This document shows, one piece after another, positions 52,252-62,223 of a stretch of 64,000 bases of DNA. Under the pieces are notes generated by a model. That model saw nothing but the letters and a program-made list of their open reading frames with translations. It made no database searches and was not told the DNA's origin. Numbering within the stretch: position 1 is the stretch's first letter; each line of letters starts with the position of its first letter. Position numbers and translations under genes: made by a program. Location: contig JAABRT010000005.1 of NCBI GenBank assembly GCA_011390805.1, positions 9,649-73,648 of the forward strand, written 5' to 3'. The stretch comes from Gemmatimonas sp. (lineage in GTDB: Bacteria > Gemmatimonadota > Gemmatimonadetes > Gemmatimonadales > Gemmatimonadaceae).

Positions 52252-53130
52252 ATGACAACACCCCTCGATGAGCTGCTCACGTTGCTCGATCTTGAGCCGC
52301 TGGAAGTGAACATCTACCGTGGTCTCAACCGGGACATCGGCTCTTCCCGCGTGTTTGGCGGACAGGTGTTTGCGCAGGCGCTGGTGGCAGCGCGACGCAC
52401 GGTGGATGAGCCGCGTGAAGCACACTCAGTGCACGGCTATTTCATTCTGCCGGGTGATCTGAAAGCGCCCATTGTGTATTTCGTGGACCGACTGCGTGAC
52501 GGTGGCAGCTTTGCGACGCGTCGTGTCACGGCGATTCAGCACGGACAGGCGATCTTCAACCTGTCGGCCAGCTTTCATCGCACCGAAAGCGGGCTTGAGC
52601 ATCAGCCTGTGATGCCGGAGGTGCCGCCACCCGATGAGCTGTCAGATGAGCTGTTGCTCATTCGCCAGATGGCAGAGCGCATCCCCGAGCGCTATCGCGC
52701 CGTCTGGACTCAGGACCGGCCAATCGATGTGCGTCCGGTCGATCCGGTTGATCCGTTCAGCCCCGATGTCCGTGCGCCGGTTCGCCGGCTGTGGTTTCGC
52801 GCGCGGGGGCGTATGCCTGATGCGTTGATGTTGCACCAGGCCGTGTTGGCCTATGCATCGGATTACAGCTTGCTGACCACTGCGCTGCTGCCGCATGGCG
52901 TTTCGTTCCGCGCGCCGGAGCTGCAACTGGCATCGCTTGATCACGCATTATGGCTGCACCGTCCGTTCCGGGCAGATGAATGGCTGCTGTACAGCATTGA
53001 CAGTCCGGTGACATTCGGAGCGCGCGGCTTTGCGCGCGGTTCCATTTTTTCGCAAGCGGGTGACCTCGTTGCATCCGTCGCGCAGGAAGGATTGATGCGC
53101 TTGCGACCCACCGGTGATTCACTGCCGTGA
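52252..53130 (+). CDS. tesB: Acyl-CoA thioesterase II
   Basis: Double-hotdog TesB pattern: LLDLEPLEVNIYRG, GGQVFAQAL, SVHGYFILPGD, ASDYSLLTTAL. Confidence 0.9.
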   Translation: MTTPLDELLTLLDLEPLEVNIYRGLNRDIGSSRVFGGQVFAQALVAARRTVDEPREAHSVHGYFILPGDLKAPIVYFVDRLRDGGSFATRRVTAIQHGQAIFNLSASFHRTESGLEHQPVMPEVPPPDELSDELLLIRQMAERIPERYRAVWTQDRPIDVRPVDPVDPFSPDVRAPVRRLWFRARGRMPDALMLHQAVLAYASDYSLLTTALLPHGVSFRAPELQLASLDHALWLHRPFRADEWLLYSIDSPVTFGARGFARGSIFSQAGDLVASVAQEGLMRLRPTGDSLP

Positions 53131-54281
53131 CGCCTGTGCTGTTATTGGCGGGGCTGGGACACTCACATCTCTTTGTGCTGGAGGCACTCAGGAAGGGTGA
53201 ACTGCCGCCCTGTCGCGTGCTGGTGTGTTCAGAAGAAGCGCATCACGTGTACTCCGGTATGGTGCCGGGGTGGTTGGGCGGACGCTACTCGCCCTCCGAG
53301 CTGACGGTTGATATTGCAGCTATATGCGCCAGCACCGGCGCGGAGTATGTAAGCCGCAATGTGGCGGGAGTGGATGCGGTCTCGCGCACGGTGCTGCTCA
53401 GCGACGGGACATCGCTTCCGTTTGACGTGTGCTCGATTGCCGTTGGTTCTCGACCCGCCGGTGTGGAGACCGAAGGAGTGCGCGAGTGGGCATGGCCGCT
53501 CAAGCCGCTGCAACGCGTAGAAGGCGTGCTGCGACAACTCAAAACACTCGCCGCTGCGCGCGCGGGTGCGGTGACAGTGGTTGGCGGAGGGTTGGCTGGC
53601 ATCGAGGTCGCGCTGGCCGCGCGTGCGAGGCTGCGCATTGAAGGTGCGCCGTCAAACACTGTACCGGTGCGCATCGTGAACCGGGATGCAGCACTGAGCA
53701 CCGGTCGCGGGCGCGGATTTACATCACGGCTTGAAGATGCCTGTGCACGCCACGCGGTGGCGATTCATCACAACGCGCGCGTGAACGCGGTGTCGGAACA
53801 CGGTGTGCAGCTAAACGACGATGAGCAGTTGCCCAGCGATGTGACCATCTGGGCTACCGGACCGGCGGCTGCACCATGGTTGGCCAACTGTGGTCTGGCG
53901 GTGGACGACCGCGGATTTCTGTTGGTCAACGAGCATCTGCAATCACTGTCGTCGCCGCATGTGTTCGCCGCGGGTGATTGCGCCACCCTCGACCACGCGC
54001 GCGATACACCTAAAGCTGGTGTGTACGCCGTACGCATGGGTCCGCATCTGGCGCGTTCGCTGGCGCAGGCGTTACGCGGTGCACCCGTTACCGAGCGCTA
54101 CGATCCACAACAGCGTTGGCTTACGCTCGTGAACACCGGTGATGGACGTGCGGTGGCCAGCTGGGGACCGTTCACGGCACAGGGAAAGTGGGCCATGCGG
54201 TGGAAAGACAAGATCGATCGCGCCTTCATGGCACGGTTTTCGGATCCCGTTCATCGTCCCCGTGACGGCGTGTCGCGATAA
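53127..54281 (+). CDS. FAD-dependent pyridine nucleotide-disulfide oxidoreductase (NDH-2-like; resembles the family often fused N-terminal to SelD)
   Basis: LLLAGLGHSHLFVL, VTVVGGGLAGIEVALA, VFAAGDCAT. The GTG start overlaps the tesB stop (GTGA). Confidence 0.8.
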   Translation: MTPVLLLAGLGHSHLFVLEALRKGELPPCRVLVCSEEAHHVYSGMVPGWLGGRYSPSELTVDIAAICASTGAEYVSRNVAGVDAVSRTVLLSDGTSLPFDVCSIAVGSRPAGVETEGVREWAWPLKPLQRVEGVLRQLKTLAAARAGAVTVVGGGLAGIEVALAARARLRIEGAPSNTVPVRIVNRDAALSTGRGRGFTSRLEDACARHAVAIHHNARVNAVSEHGVQLNDDEQLPSDVTIWATGPAAAPWLANCGLAVDDRGFLLVNEHLQSLSSPHVFAAGDCATLDHARDTPKAGVYAVRMGPHLARSLAQALRGAPVTERYDPQQRWLTLVNTGDGRAVASWGPFTAQGKWAMRWKDKIDRAFMARFSDPVHRPRDGVSR

Positions 54282-55002
54282 ACAGCGCCCCCTCGCGGGC
54301 GCGCGTACCGAACTTGACGAGTGCATCATACGCCGACACAAAGGCAATAAAGTAGACGTCGCCCGGTGCGACATGGGCGTCGGGCCCGACTACCATTCCA
54401 TCAACGATGAGCGACAAACAGCGGTTGCTGCGGATGTAGCGGTAACAACCTGTACCGGCATTCGGTGGGCGTACGCCGGGCAACGGATTGCGGCGTATCA
54501 GATCACCCAGATGCGCCACATTTCCACGGTCCTCGGCGATTTTGTGCGGTTCGATAATGCGCCAGCCGTTTTGCCGCGCGTCGCGCAGCTGGTATGTGTT
54601 GAAGTTGGGTTCCATGACACGGCTGGCCACAATGCGAACCGACGTCAGTGTGACCCCGGTTTGTGGCGCCACAAGCTCAACGCTGATGGTATCGGCGTTC
54701 CCGGGAACCTCTACGAGGTCGGATCGGGCGGGAGCAAGTCCAACGGCCCGCACCAGAAAGCGCACGACTGACAGCTCGGTTCCTGTGAGCGTGTAGTGTC
54801 CCTGTTCATTCGTACGCGTTTGAGCCAGTGCCACGCCCGCGGTATCAAGCAGCGTGACCACAGCGCCTGCCACGAGCGAATCGGTACGCGCGTCAACGAC
54901 CGTTCCAACAAACACCTGCGCCTGTGCGCTGCCACTGAACAGAGCGCACAAGGCTAATCCAACCGCTGTCGCGCGACATCCCGCAACTGATGGACTGCGC
55001 AT
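54226..55002 (-). CDS. CarboxypepD_reg domain protein with plug-like C-terminus (paralogue type of 26311-27795)
   Basis: Signal peptide MRSPSVAGCRATAVGLALCALFSGSAQA. CarboxypepD_reg segment VFVGTVVDARTDSLVAGAVVTLLD...NEQGHYTL. Tail LIVDGMVVGP...FIAFVSAYDAL. It overlaps the convergent oxidoreductase gene by 56 nt. Confidence 0.6.
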   Translation of the reverse strand: MRSPSVAGCRATAVGLALCALFSGSAQAQVFVGTVVDARTDSLVAGAVVTLLDTAGVALAQTRTNEQGHYTLTGTELSVVRFLVRAVGLAPARSDLVEVPGNADTISVELVAPQTGVTLTSVRIVASRVMEPNFNTYQLRDARQNGWRIIEPHKIAEDRGNVAHLGDLIRRNPLPGVRPPNAGTGCYRYIRSNRCLSLIVDGMVVGPDAHVAPGDVYFIAFVSAYDALVKFGTRAREGALFIATRRHGDDERDPKTVP

Positions 55003-55092
55003 CGTATTTACCTCAAAACCAACCACGTTACGCCGACACAACGGCCGGCCCCATCGTCTGCGCGTACTGCCTGTACATCGTGAACAGCCGCG

Positions 55093-56232
55093 TTATTCCA
55101 CCGCCGCCGGTGTCGAAGATTCAGCGAACACCGGTGCCAGCAGCCCATCCCGCGAACGACCGTGCGGGTCCTGGTTGGCGCGAATGGCGTTCACCATTTC
55201 CAGCGCTGTCTGGGTAACCGGCGGAAGCTCCGCCGCCGACTGCCCGAGCGGAGTCACACGCTCTCCCCACTTTACCAGCAGCGAGCAATACGTGAGCCCG
55301 CCACCAAAGGCCGGCATGAGCAGTGTGCTGCCCGGCTTCACCCGGGATGCTTCCAGCGCTTCAACGAGCGCTACCGGAACCGTTGCCGCACTCATGTTGC
55401 CGTACTTCTGTACGGTAACGATTACACGCTCCATTGGAATACCCGCGTACTTGGCGACTGATTCGATAATCCGCAGGTTGGCCTGGTGTGGAATGACCAG
55501 ATCTACATCGTCGGCCGTCTTGCCGCACTGCTCCAGCACCCGACGCGATGCATCGGACATGGCGTGTACCGCGCGTTTGAAGATCGACTGGCCATCAAAA
55601 TCCCAGATGGTGTCACCGTAGGTGATGTCGTGCAGCGCGTACGTGCATCCCATGCCGCGCACGCGCAGCGTTTGCCGGCCTTCAGCATCACAGCCAAGCA
55701 CGCTTCCCAGGACACCTTCTTCATTGTCTGAAGCCTGCAGCACAACGGCCGCTGCGCCGTCACCAAAGAGCACCGCGACGCCACGGTTACTCCAGTCCAT
55801 GTATCGACTGATCAGTTCAACGCCAATGACCACGGCATTCCTGACAACACCCGTTCGAATCATGGCGGTCGCGGTGGTCAGGCCATAGCAAAAGCTCGTA
55901 CAGGCGGTGTTGAGATCGATGCTCGCAGCCTTGGTGGCACCGAGCGCGAACTGTACACCGCTGGCCGAATTCGGAACGAGCTCGTCGTTGGAGACGCCGC
56001 CGTAAATGATGAGATCAACGTCAGCCGGATCGAGTCCGGCACAGGCCAGCGCACGTGATGCGGCAACGGTGGACAGTTCAATGGCTCCCACGTGCGAGAC
56101 GCGTCGCTCTTTCATGCCGGTACGTGAGACAATCCACTCGTCGGAGGTATCGAGAAACGTGGAAAGATCGTCGTTGGAGAGCACGGCGGGCGGCATGCAC
56201 TTGCCCCAGCCTGTAATCGCGGCGTACGTCAT
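55093..56232 (-). CDS. Beta-ketoacyl-ACP synthase III (FabH-like) with a C-terminal extension of about 50 aa
   Basis: Catalytic triad contexts NTACTSF (Cys), PHQANLRI (His) and GNMSAAT (Asn). N-terminus ITGWGKCMPPAVLSNDDL..DTSDEWIVSRTGMKERR. The tail after the core is LGQSAAELPPVTQTALEMVNAIRANQDPHGRSRDGLLAPVFAESSTPAAVE. Confidence 0.85.
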   Translation of the reverse strand: MTYAAITGWGKCMPPAVLSNDDLSTFLDTSDEWIVSRTGMKERRVSHVGAIELSTVAASRALACAGLDPADVDLIIYGGVSNDELVPNSASGVQFALGATKAASIDLNTACTSFCYGLTTATAMIRTGVVRNAVVIGVELISRYMDWSNRGVAVLFGDGAAAVVLQASDNEEGVLGSVLGCDAEGRQTLRVRGMGCTYALHDITYGDTIWDFDGQSIFKRAVHAMSDASRRVLEQCGKTADDVDLVIPHQANLRIIESVAKYAGIPMERVIVTVQKYGNMSAATVPVALVEALEASRVKPGSTLLMPAFGGGLTYCSLLVKWGERVTPLGQSAAELPPVTQTALEMVNAIRANQDPHGRSRDGLLAPVFAESSTPAAVE

Positions 56233-56295
56233 GGTTCCGGAGGGAGAGGGGTAAGGCAGAAAGCTGTGGCGGTTCTTGCACAAATGCGAGGGGTG

Positions 56296-57369
56296 CTACC
56301 GAACCGACTCCCGGGTTGGCATCACGGCCCAGTAGTCAAAGTCGAGCACCACAGCCGGATCGTAGGCACCTTCGACATTGCGCAGCGGAAAATCATGCGA
56401 CGCACGGTCTTTCAGAGCGACTGTACGCAAACGCAGCACACCAAGATCGGTGCGCCCGGGCAGCGGCTCGCGGGCCAGCACTTCGCTCCATGCATAAATG
56501 GTGTCGCCCGCAAAGACGGGACTCACGTGACGACCTCCGTTAATGCCAACCATCGCAAACGCATTGCCCAACCCGTTAAAGCTCAATGCACGCGCCAGGC
56601 TGATGATGTGACCGCCGTACACGATGCGCCGGCCAAACCGTCCTTCACGCTCCACGTGCTGGTTGAAGTGCACACGTGCCGTATTCTGAAACAGTCGTGC
56701 GGCCGACATGTGTTCCGACTCTTCAATGGTCATTGCATCCACGTGGTCGATGCGCTCGCCGACACTGTAGTCGTCCCACACAAAATCGCTGCCGGCCAGC
56801 TGCGTGTCGTAGCTCCCGGGCGCGAGCGTGAACGGAATGTGCAAACCCTCGGCGGTTACGGCCTCCGGCAAGGCGGGAACCACCGTTTCCGGCGCTGGTG
56901 ACGATGCATCGCGCTTGCGCACCATCACCCAGCGTGTGTACTCCACCACCATCTCATCACGCTGGTTCACACCGCGTGATCGCACATACACCACACCCGT
57001 GGTGCCATCACGATTGGCCTTTACGCCAATGACCTCGCTGATGGTGCGCACCGTATCACCGGCGTACAACGGCACGCCAAAGCGACCGTCAGCATAACCG
57101 AGATTCGCAATCGCGTTGAGCGACACATCAGGCACCGTTTTGCCAAACACCATGTGAAATACCAGCATGGAGTCGAGCGGTGCATCGGAAAAACCAATCG
57201 ACTGCGCAAAGGGTGCCGACGAGCTCACCGCGAATCGCGGGCCGAACAGCGACATGTACAGCGACGCATCGCCGTGCGTAATCGTGCGGGGTGTCGCGTG
57301 TACCAGCGACTGCCCAACCACAAAGTCTTCAAAGAAGTTGCCGAGCTGTGTCTTTGATGCCGGCATCAT
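56296..57369 (-). CDS. mch: Mesaconyl-C1-CoA hydratase (beta-methylmalyl-CoA dehydratase), double MaoC/hotdog
   Basis: About 357 aa. Collinear with my recollection of Chloroflexus Mch: GNFFEDF.VGQ..VHATPRTIT.GD, LNAIANLGYA.GRFG, RWVMVRKRD...APETVVP.LP, HVEREGRFGRRIVYGGHIISLAR, YDPAVVLDFDY. The start overlaps the mcl stop by 1 nt. Confidence 0.9.
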   Translation of the reverse strand: MMPASKTQLGNFFEDFVVGQSLVHATPRTITHGDASLYMSLFGPRFAVSSSAPFAQSIGFSDAPLDSMLVFHMVFGKTVPDVSLNAIANLGYADGRFGVPLYAGDTVRTISEVIGVKANRDGTTGVVYVRSRGVNQRDEMVVEYTRWVMVRKRDASSPAPETVVPALPEAVTAEGLHIPFTLAPGSYDTQLAGSDFVWDDYSVGERIDHVDAMTIEESEHMSAARLFQNTARVHFNQHVEREGRFGRRIVYGGHIISLARALSFNGLGNAFAMVGINGGRHVSPVFAGDTIYAWSEVLAREPLPGRTDLGVLRLRTVALKDRASHDFPLRNVEGAYDPAVVLDFDYWAVMPTRESVR

Positions 57370-58412
57370 CAGAATCCGTACGCCGCCGACAGCTCCGGAT
57401 CATTCTGTGCGACGAGCCGAGCCAGATCCACCATCACCTTGGCCTGCTTCCAGGTGGCGTCGTCCTGCATCTTGCCGTCGATCATGGCCACACCGCTGCC
57501 ATCGGGCATCGCCTCAAGAATGCGCTTGGCAAACAAGACCTCGGCGGCCGCCGGACTGAACACGCGGCGCGCGATTGCGATCTGATTGGGCGCCAATGAC
57601 CATGCGCCTGTGCATCCCATCACAAACGCGTTGCGGAACTGTGCCTCACATCCCTCTTCATCACGGATGTCACCAAACGGTCCGTAAAACGCACGGATGC
57701 CGTGCGAGACGCAGGCATCCACCATGCGCGCTACTGTGTAGTGCCACAAATCCTGCTGCACGAAGGAGCGCGGTGCATCGGCCGAACCGGGATCCGCGAG
57801 CACACCGTAGAACGGATGACCACCACCAACGCGCGTTGTCTTCATCCCGCGCGAGGCCGCAAGATCGGCGGGCCCCAGACTCATGCCGTGCATGCGCGGA
57901 CTGGCGCCGGCAATCTGCTCCACATTTTTCACACCTTCCGCCGTTTCCAGCAGCGCGTGAATGAGGATCGGCTTTTTGATGTCATATCTCGCCTCGAGCA
58001 ACGCGAGATACTGGTCAACAAAGTGAATGTCCCACGGACCTTCCACCTTGGGAATCATGAATACATCGAGCTTGTTGCCCGCGTCGCGCACAATCTGCTC
58101 AAGATCATCAAGAAACCACGGCGAGTTGAGGCAGTTCACGCGTACCCACAGCGCCGTGTTGCCAAAGTGATTCGCGTTGGCCACTTCAATAAAGCCCTTA
58201 CGCGCCGCTTCCTTGTCTTCAACAGGAATGGCGTCTTCAAGATTGCCGCACAATACGTCTACCTGTGTGATCATATCCGGCACGCGCGCACGGATTTTTT
58301 CAATGTGCGGCGGGAAAAAATGAATCATGCGTTCGGGGCGCACCGGCAGCGCACGCAACGGTTCGGGTGCACCAATGGCGAGCGGTTTGTAAAAGTTGAA
58401 CGGCAGCTTCAC
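57369..58412 (-). CDS. mcl: (S)-malyl-CoA / beta-methylmalyl-CoA / (S)-citramalyl-CoA lyase (HpcH/CitE-like)
   Basis: Near-collinear with my recollection of Chloroflexus aurantiacus Mcl: [139 protein letters not shown]. Confidence 0.92.
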   Translation of the reverse strand: MKLPFNFYKPLAIGAPEPLRALPVRPERMIHFFPPHIEKIRARVPDMITQVDVLCGNLEDAIPVEDKEAARKGFIEVANANHFGNTALWVRVNCLNSPWFLDDLEQIVRDAGNKLDVFMIPKVEGPWDIHFVDQYLALLEARYDIKKPILIHALLETAEGVKNVEQIAGASPRMHGMSLGPADLAASRGMKTTRVGGGHPFYGVLADPGSADAPRSFVQQDLWHYTVARMVDACVSHGIRAFYGPFGDIRDEEGCEAQFRNAFVMGCTGAWSLAPNQIAIARRVFSPAAAEVLFAKRILEAMPDGSGVAMIDGKMQDDATWKQAKVMVDLARLVAQNDPELSAAYGF

Positions 58413-58431
58413 GCGTGCGCTCCAGTACGTA

Positions 58432-59664
58432 TCAGGGTTGGGTGTCAGTCGGGCCGGCGACTACGCCGTCGTCATGCAACGTGCCGAGTTCCGCTTCGCT
58501 GACGCCCGCCAGCTCAAGCAGGATCTCGTCTGTGTGTTGGCCAAGCGTAGGTGCCGGGCGGACGGTGACGCGCGCGGCGTCGCCAAACGCAAGCGGCGAG
58601 CCGGCGGCCAGTGTCTCGCCCACGCCGGGTTGCGTGAGAGTGCTGAACATCGGATTGGCGGGCGACATATCAGGATCGTCGCGCAACGCCTCACGTACTG
58701 AGCGATACGGCGCCCAAGTGACGCGATGCTCAGTGAAGGCCGTTGCGACTTCGGCCAACGTGCGGCTGGCAAACCATGGCTCAAGTTCGGCCGCAATCTC
58801 GTAACGCGCGCGAAAGCGATTGCCTTCGTCTTTGAGATCGAGGCCAAGATTGGCGCCAATGGATGTCATCGCACTGCCGGAACCGGTGGCTGAACACAGC
58901 GTCATCCACTGGGCATCGGTGAGACCAACCACCATCACACGCTCTCCATCGCGCGTCACGAAGTCTCTCCCGAACGCACCGTAGAGGTAGTTGCCGTAGC
59001 GTGCCCGGTCCGGCTGGCCGTGTTGAATCTCGCCAATGAATCCCAGATGGCCCAGCATCGCCAGTCCCACGTCCTTGAGCGCGAGTGAAACCAGTTGTCC
59101 GTGCCCTGTACGACTGCGATGACGTTCGGCGGCCAGCAATGCCAGTGCAATCTGATGTCCGGCAATCGCGTCCCAAGCGGGAAACACATGATTCACGGGC
59201 GTAACATCGTCGCTCGGACCAGTGATATGCGGAATACCGAGCTGCGGATTCACGGTGTAGTCAACTTCGGAGCCGCCATCACGCCGGCCGGTGAGGTTGA
59301 CCATGATCAGGTCTGCTCTGTGCGAACGCAGTTTGTCGTACGACAGCCAGCCGCGCGCTGGAAAGTTGGTGGAAAACATGCCGGCGTCGGCCCCCGGCGC
59401 GCAGATAATGCGCGTGAGCAACTCCTGGCCACGCGGTGAGCGGAAGTCTACCGCGATGGAGCGTTTGCCTTTGTTGAGCCCTGTCCAGAACAGGCTGGTG
59501 TTGCCATCGGCGGTGAGTGGCCAGCGCCGTGCGTCGAGGCCGCCGCCGATGGGATCAAAGCGGATCACGTCGGCGCCAAGCTGCGCCAGTGTCATACCGC
59601 CCAGCGGCGCGGCCACAAACGCCGATCCTTCCACAACACGCATGCCGTCCAGAATTCCGCGCAT
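58432..59664 (-). CDS. mct: Mesaconyl-CoA C1-C4 (intramolecular) CoA transferase-like, family III CoA transferase
   Basis: [91 protein letters not shown] and [12 protein letters not shown] match my recollection of Chloroflexus Mct. ATG 59664 lies 1 nt after the upstream stop, so the track start at 59754 is rejected. Confidence 0.85.
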   Translation of the reverse strand: MRGILDGMRVVEGSAFVAAPLGGMTLAQLGADVIRFDPIGGGLDARRWPLTADGNTSLFWTGLNKGKRSIAVDFRSPRGQELLTRIICAPGADAGMFSTNFPARGWLSYDKLRSHRADLIMVNLTGRRDGGSEVDYTVNPQLGIPHITGPSDDVTPVNHVFPAWDAIAGHQIALALLAAERHRSRTGHGQLVSLALKDVGLAMLGHLGFIGEIQHGQPDRARYGNYLYGAFGRDFVTRDGERVMVVGLTDAQWMTLCSATGSGSAMTSIGANLGLDLKDEGNRFRARYEIAAELEPWFASRTLAEVATAFTEHRVTWAPYRSVREALRDDPDMSPANPMFSTLTQPGVGETLAAGSPLAFGDAARVTVRPAPTLGQHTDEILLELAGVSEAELGTLHDDGVVAGPTDTQP

Positions 59665-59665
59665 C

Positions 59666-60892
59666 TCAAATGACTCCGTGTTCGCGCAGCTCGGCAATGC
59701 GGGCGTCGTCCAGTCCCAACACTTCACGCAGCACCTCATCCGTGTGCTGTCCAAGTGTCGGTCCGAGACTGCGCACGGTACCGGGGGTTTCCGAGAGCAG
59801 TGGCACCGGCGCCGGAATCACCATGGACTCGCCGGTGTGCGGATCGTCGATGGCCATGAGGTTGCGGCGTGCATGAAACTGACGATCGCCAAAAATGTCA
59901 GCAATGTTGTTGAGCGGTCCGGCTGGTGTATCGGTGGAGTAGCAGCGCGTGAGTACTTCTTCGCGCGTGAGCGAGCTGCACCAGTCGCGTACGATTTCGT
60001 TAACGGCGTGACAGTGGGTGAGCCGCACCTTCTGATCGCCGTAGGTACTTGACGATGCGAGCTCAGGACGCCCCATGGCCGCGGCCAGCCGTGCGAACAG
60101 CTTGTCGGTGGCACAGGATATGGCCACCCACTTGCCATCCTTGGTGGCGAAGTGTCCGTGCGGACAGGCAAAATCGTTGTGTGACGAACCCATACGCTCG
60201 CGCACAATGCCGTACATGCTGTACGCTGGCGCGAGTTCGTCAGTGCACCGGAACACCGATTCAAACAGTGCGGCGTCCACAAACTGACCTTCGCCGGTGA
60301 GGTCGCGATGCCGGAGCGCCATGAGCACGCCCAGGCATCCGTACAACCCGGTCATGTAGTCGCCAAGTGTGGTGGAGCCCGGCGTGACGGGCGTGCCTTT
60401 GGGCATGCCAGCCAGGTACGCAATGCCACCAACAGCGTGAGCAACACGCGCGAATCCCGGCCGGTCTTTGTACGGACCGGTTTGTCCGTAGCCGGTGACG
60501 CGCAACATCACGAGCCGCGGATTAATCTCGTGTAACACGTCCCAGCCAAGGCCCCATTTTTCGAGCGTGCCGGTGCGAAAGTTTTCGCACAGCACATCGG
60601 TTTTGGCGATGAGTTCCTTGAACAGTGCCACGCCATCGGGCGAACGCAGGTCAAGGGTGACCGAACGTTTGTTGCGCGCTTCGCTCACCCACGTGAGCGT
60701 ATCACCACGTTGCGACGGTGTGCCGAACCGGCGCAGGCCATCGCCGCCAAGTGGATGTTCGATCTTGAGCACATCAGCGCCAAACTCGCCCAGTACTGTG
60801 GCGCAGAATGGTGCGGCAATGATCGTGGCGATATCGATCACTCGAATGCCTTCAAGAGGCAGTTTACCGGGCGCAGCGGGAGGTGGCAGCAT
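59666..60892 (-). CDS. Family III CoA transferase, SmtA/SmtB-like (succinyl-CoA:(S)-malate CoA transferase subunit candidate)
   Basis: CaiB/BaiF pattern [37 protein letters not shown]. By eye it matches the adjacent 60898-62127 product at a large fraction of positions over its full length, as expected for a two-subunit paralogue pair. Confidence 0.75.
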   Translation of the reverse strand: MLPPPAAPGKLPLEGIRVIDIATIIAAPFCATVLGEFGADVLKIEHPLGGDGLRRFGTPSQRGDTLTWVSEARNKRSVTLDLRSPDGVALFKELIAKTDVLCENFRTGTLEKWGLGWDVLHEINPRLVMLRVTGYGQTGPYKDRPGFARVAHAVGGIAYLAGMPKGTPVTPGSTTLGDYMTGLYGCLGVLMALRHRDLTGEGQFVDAALFESVFRCTDELAPAYSMYGIVRERMGSSHNDFACPHGHFATKDGKWVAISCATDKLFARLAAAMGRPELASSSTYGDQKVRLTHCHAVNEIVRDWCSSLTREEVLTRCYSTDTPAGPLNNIADIFGDRQFHARRNLMAIDDPHTGESMVIPAPVPLLSETPGTVRSLGPTLGQHTDEVLREVLGLDDARIAELREHGVI

Positions 60893-60897
60893 GGCTA

Positions 60898-62127
60898 TCA
60901 GATGATGCGTTGTGCACGCAGGCGCGCGATTTCAGAGGCGGCGAGACCGAGCAGGTCGCGCATGACTTCATCGGTGGCGTTGCCCAGCACAGGCCCGAGA
61001 TTGGTGACCCGTCCCGGAGTCTTTGACAGATGCGGTACAACGCCCGGAATCACGAGGTCTTCAATGCCCTCTTCTGTCATGTGCAGCAGATCGCCGCGCG
61101 CGAGAAACTGTTCATCCTCAAAGATGTCGGCAATGCTGTTGACCTTACCTACCGGCACTTCTTCGGCGAGACATTTTTCCAGTACCTGTTCGCGCGTCAG
61201 TGAACCCACCCAGTCAATCACGATCGTATTCACGCGATCCCGGTCAGCCAGGCGTTTGCGCTGATCGCCGTACAGATTGCTCGACGACAGATGCGGTTGG
61301 CCCATGGCCACCGACAAGCGCTCGAACATCTTGTCGGTTGTGCAGGCAATGGCAATCCATTTGTCATCGGCGGTGCGAAAATGGCCATGCGGCACGGCCA
61401 CAAAGCTGCCGGAGCCTTCGCGCTCACGGATTTTTCCCGATGTGCCGTACGCCGTGGCGATTTCTTCAAGCACACGGAACACCGACTCGTAAATGCCGAC
61501 ATCAATCATCTGTCCGCGTCCAGTGCTCTCCTGATGCCGCAGCGCGATGAGCACGCCAATGGCTCCAAAGAGGCTGGCGATGTAATCGCCGAGCGGCACG
61601 GTGCCCGGAAGGACCGGTGTCTCACCGGGAAATCCCGAGAGGTAGTTCAGTCCTCCAAACGCCTGCGCGATGTGCGCAAACCCGGAGCGCCGGCGATACG
61701 GGCCAGTCTGCCCGTAACCTGACACACGCAGCATGACCAGACGCGGATTGGCTTCATGAATCTGCGCCCAGCCGAGTCCCCACTCCTCCATGGTGCCGGG
61801 TCTGAAGTTCTCCACGAGCACGTCAGACTTTTTCACCAGGGCCAGAAACAGCTGCACGCCTTCAGGATGGCGCAGGTCAATGGTTACCGATTTGCGGTTT
61901 CTTCCTTCGCTCAGCCATTTGAGCGACGCATCGCTACGGGGCGAGGGTGTTCCAAAGCGACGCATCGGATCGCCGGCAATGGGGTGTTCCACCTTGAGCA
62001 CCTCCGCGCCGAACTCGCCGAGAATGGATGCGGCGTACGGGCCGGCGAGAAAATTGCCCACATCAAGCACGCGAACGCCGCTCAATGGCAACTGTGTCTC
62101 GGATGTCTGGTCTTCCGATGTACTCAC
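60898..62127 (-). CDS. Family III CoA transferase, SmtA/SmtB-like (second subunit candidate)
   Basis: [40 protein letters not shown] start at 62127. It is divergent from the meh-like gene. Confidence 0.75.
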   Translation of the reverse strand: MSTSEDQTSETQLPLSGVRVLDVGNFLAGPYAASILGEFGAEVLKVEHPIAGDPMRRFGTPSPRSDASLKWLSEGRNRKSVTIDLRHPEGVQLFLALVKKSDVLVENFRPGTMEEWGLGWAQIHEANPRLVMLRVSGYGQTGPYRRRSGFAHIAQAFGGLNYLSGFPGETPVLPGTVPLGDYIASLFGAIGVLIALRHQESTGRGQMIDVGIYESVFRVLEEIATAYGTSGKIREREGSGSFVAVPHGHFRTADDKWIAIACTTDKMFERLSVAMGQPHLSSSNLYGDQRKRLADRDRVNTIVIDWVGSLTREQVLEKCLAEEVPVGKVNSIADIFEDEQFLARGDLLHMTEEGIEDLVIPGVVPHLSKTPGRVTNLGPVLGNATDEVMRDLLGLAASEIARLRAQRII

Positions 62128-62223
62128 CAGGGATTCTCGGGTTCGGGCAGGGTGGAACTGCAGAGAACAACTGCTATCTTGGCGCCATCACGTGTTCGCG
62201 TCCACGCTTTAACGCCTGAGAAT

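Noticed and set aside
61756-62223. N-terminal 156 codons of the 450-aa track ORF containing meh
   Set aside because: This part is antisense to the CoA-transferase gene and has nonsense composition. The recognisable Meh sequence begins at ATG 62224.
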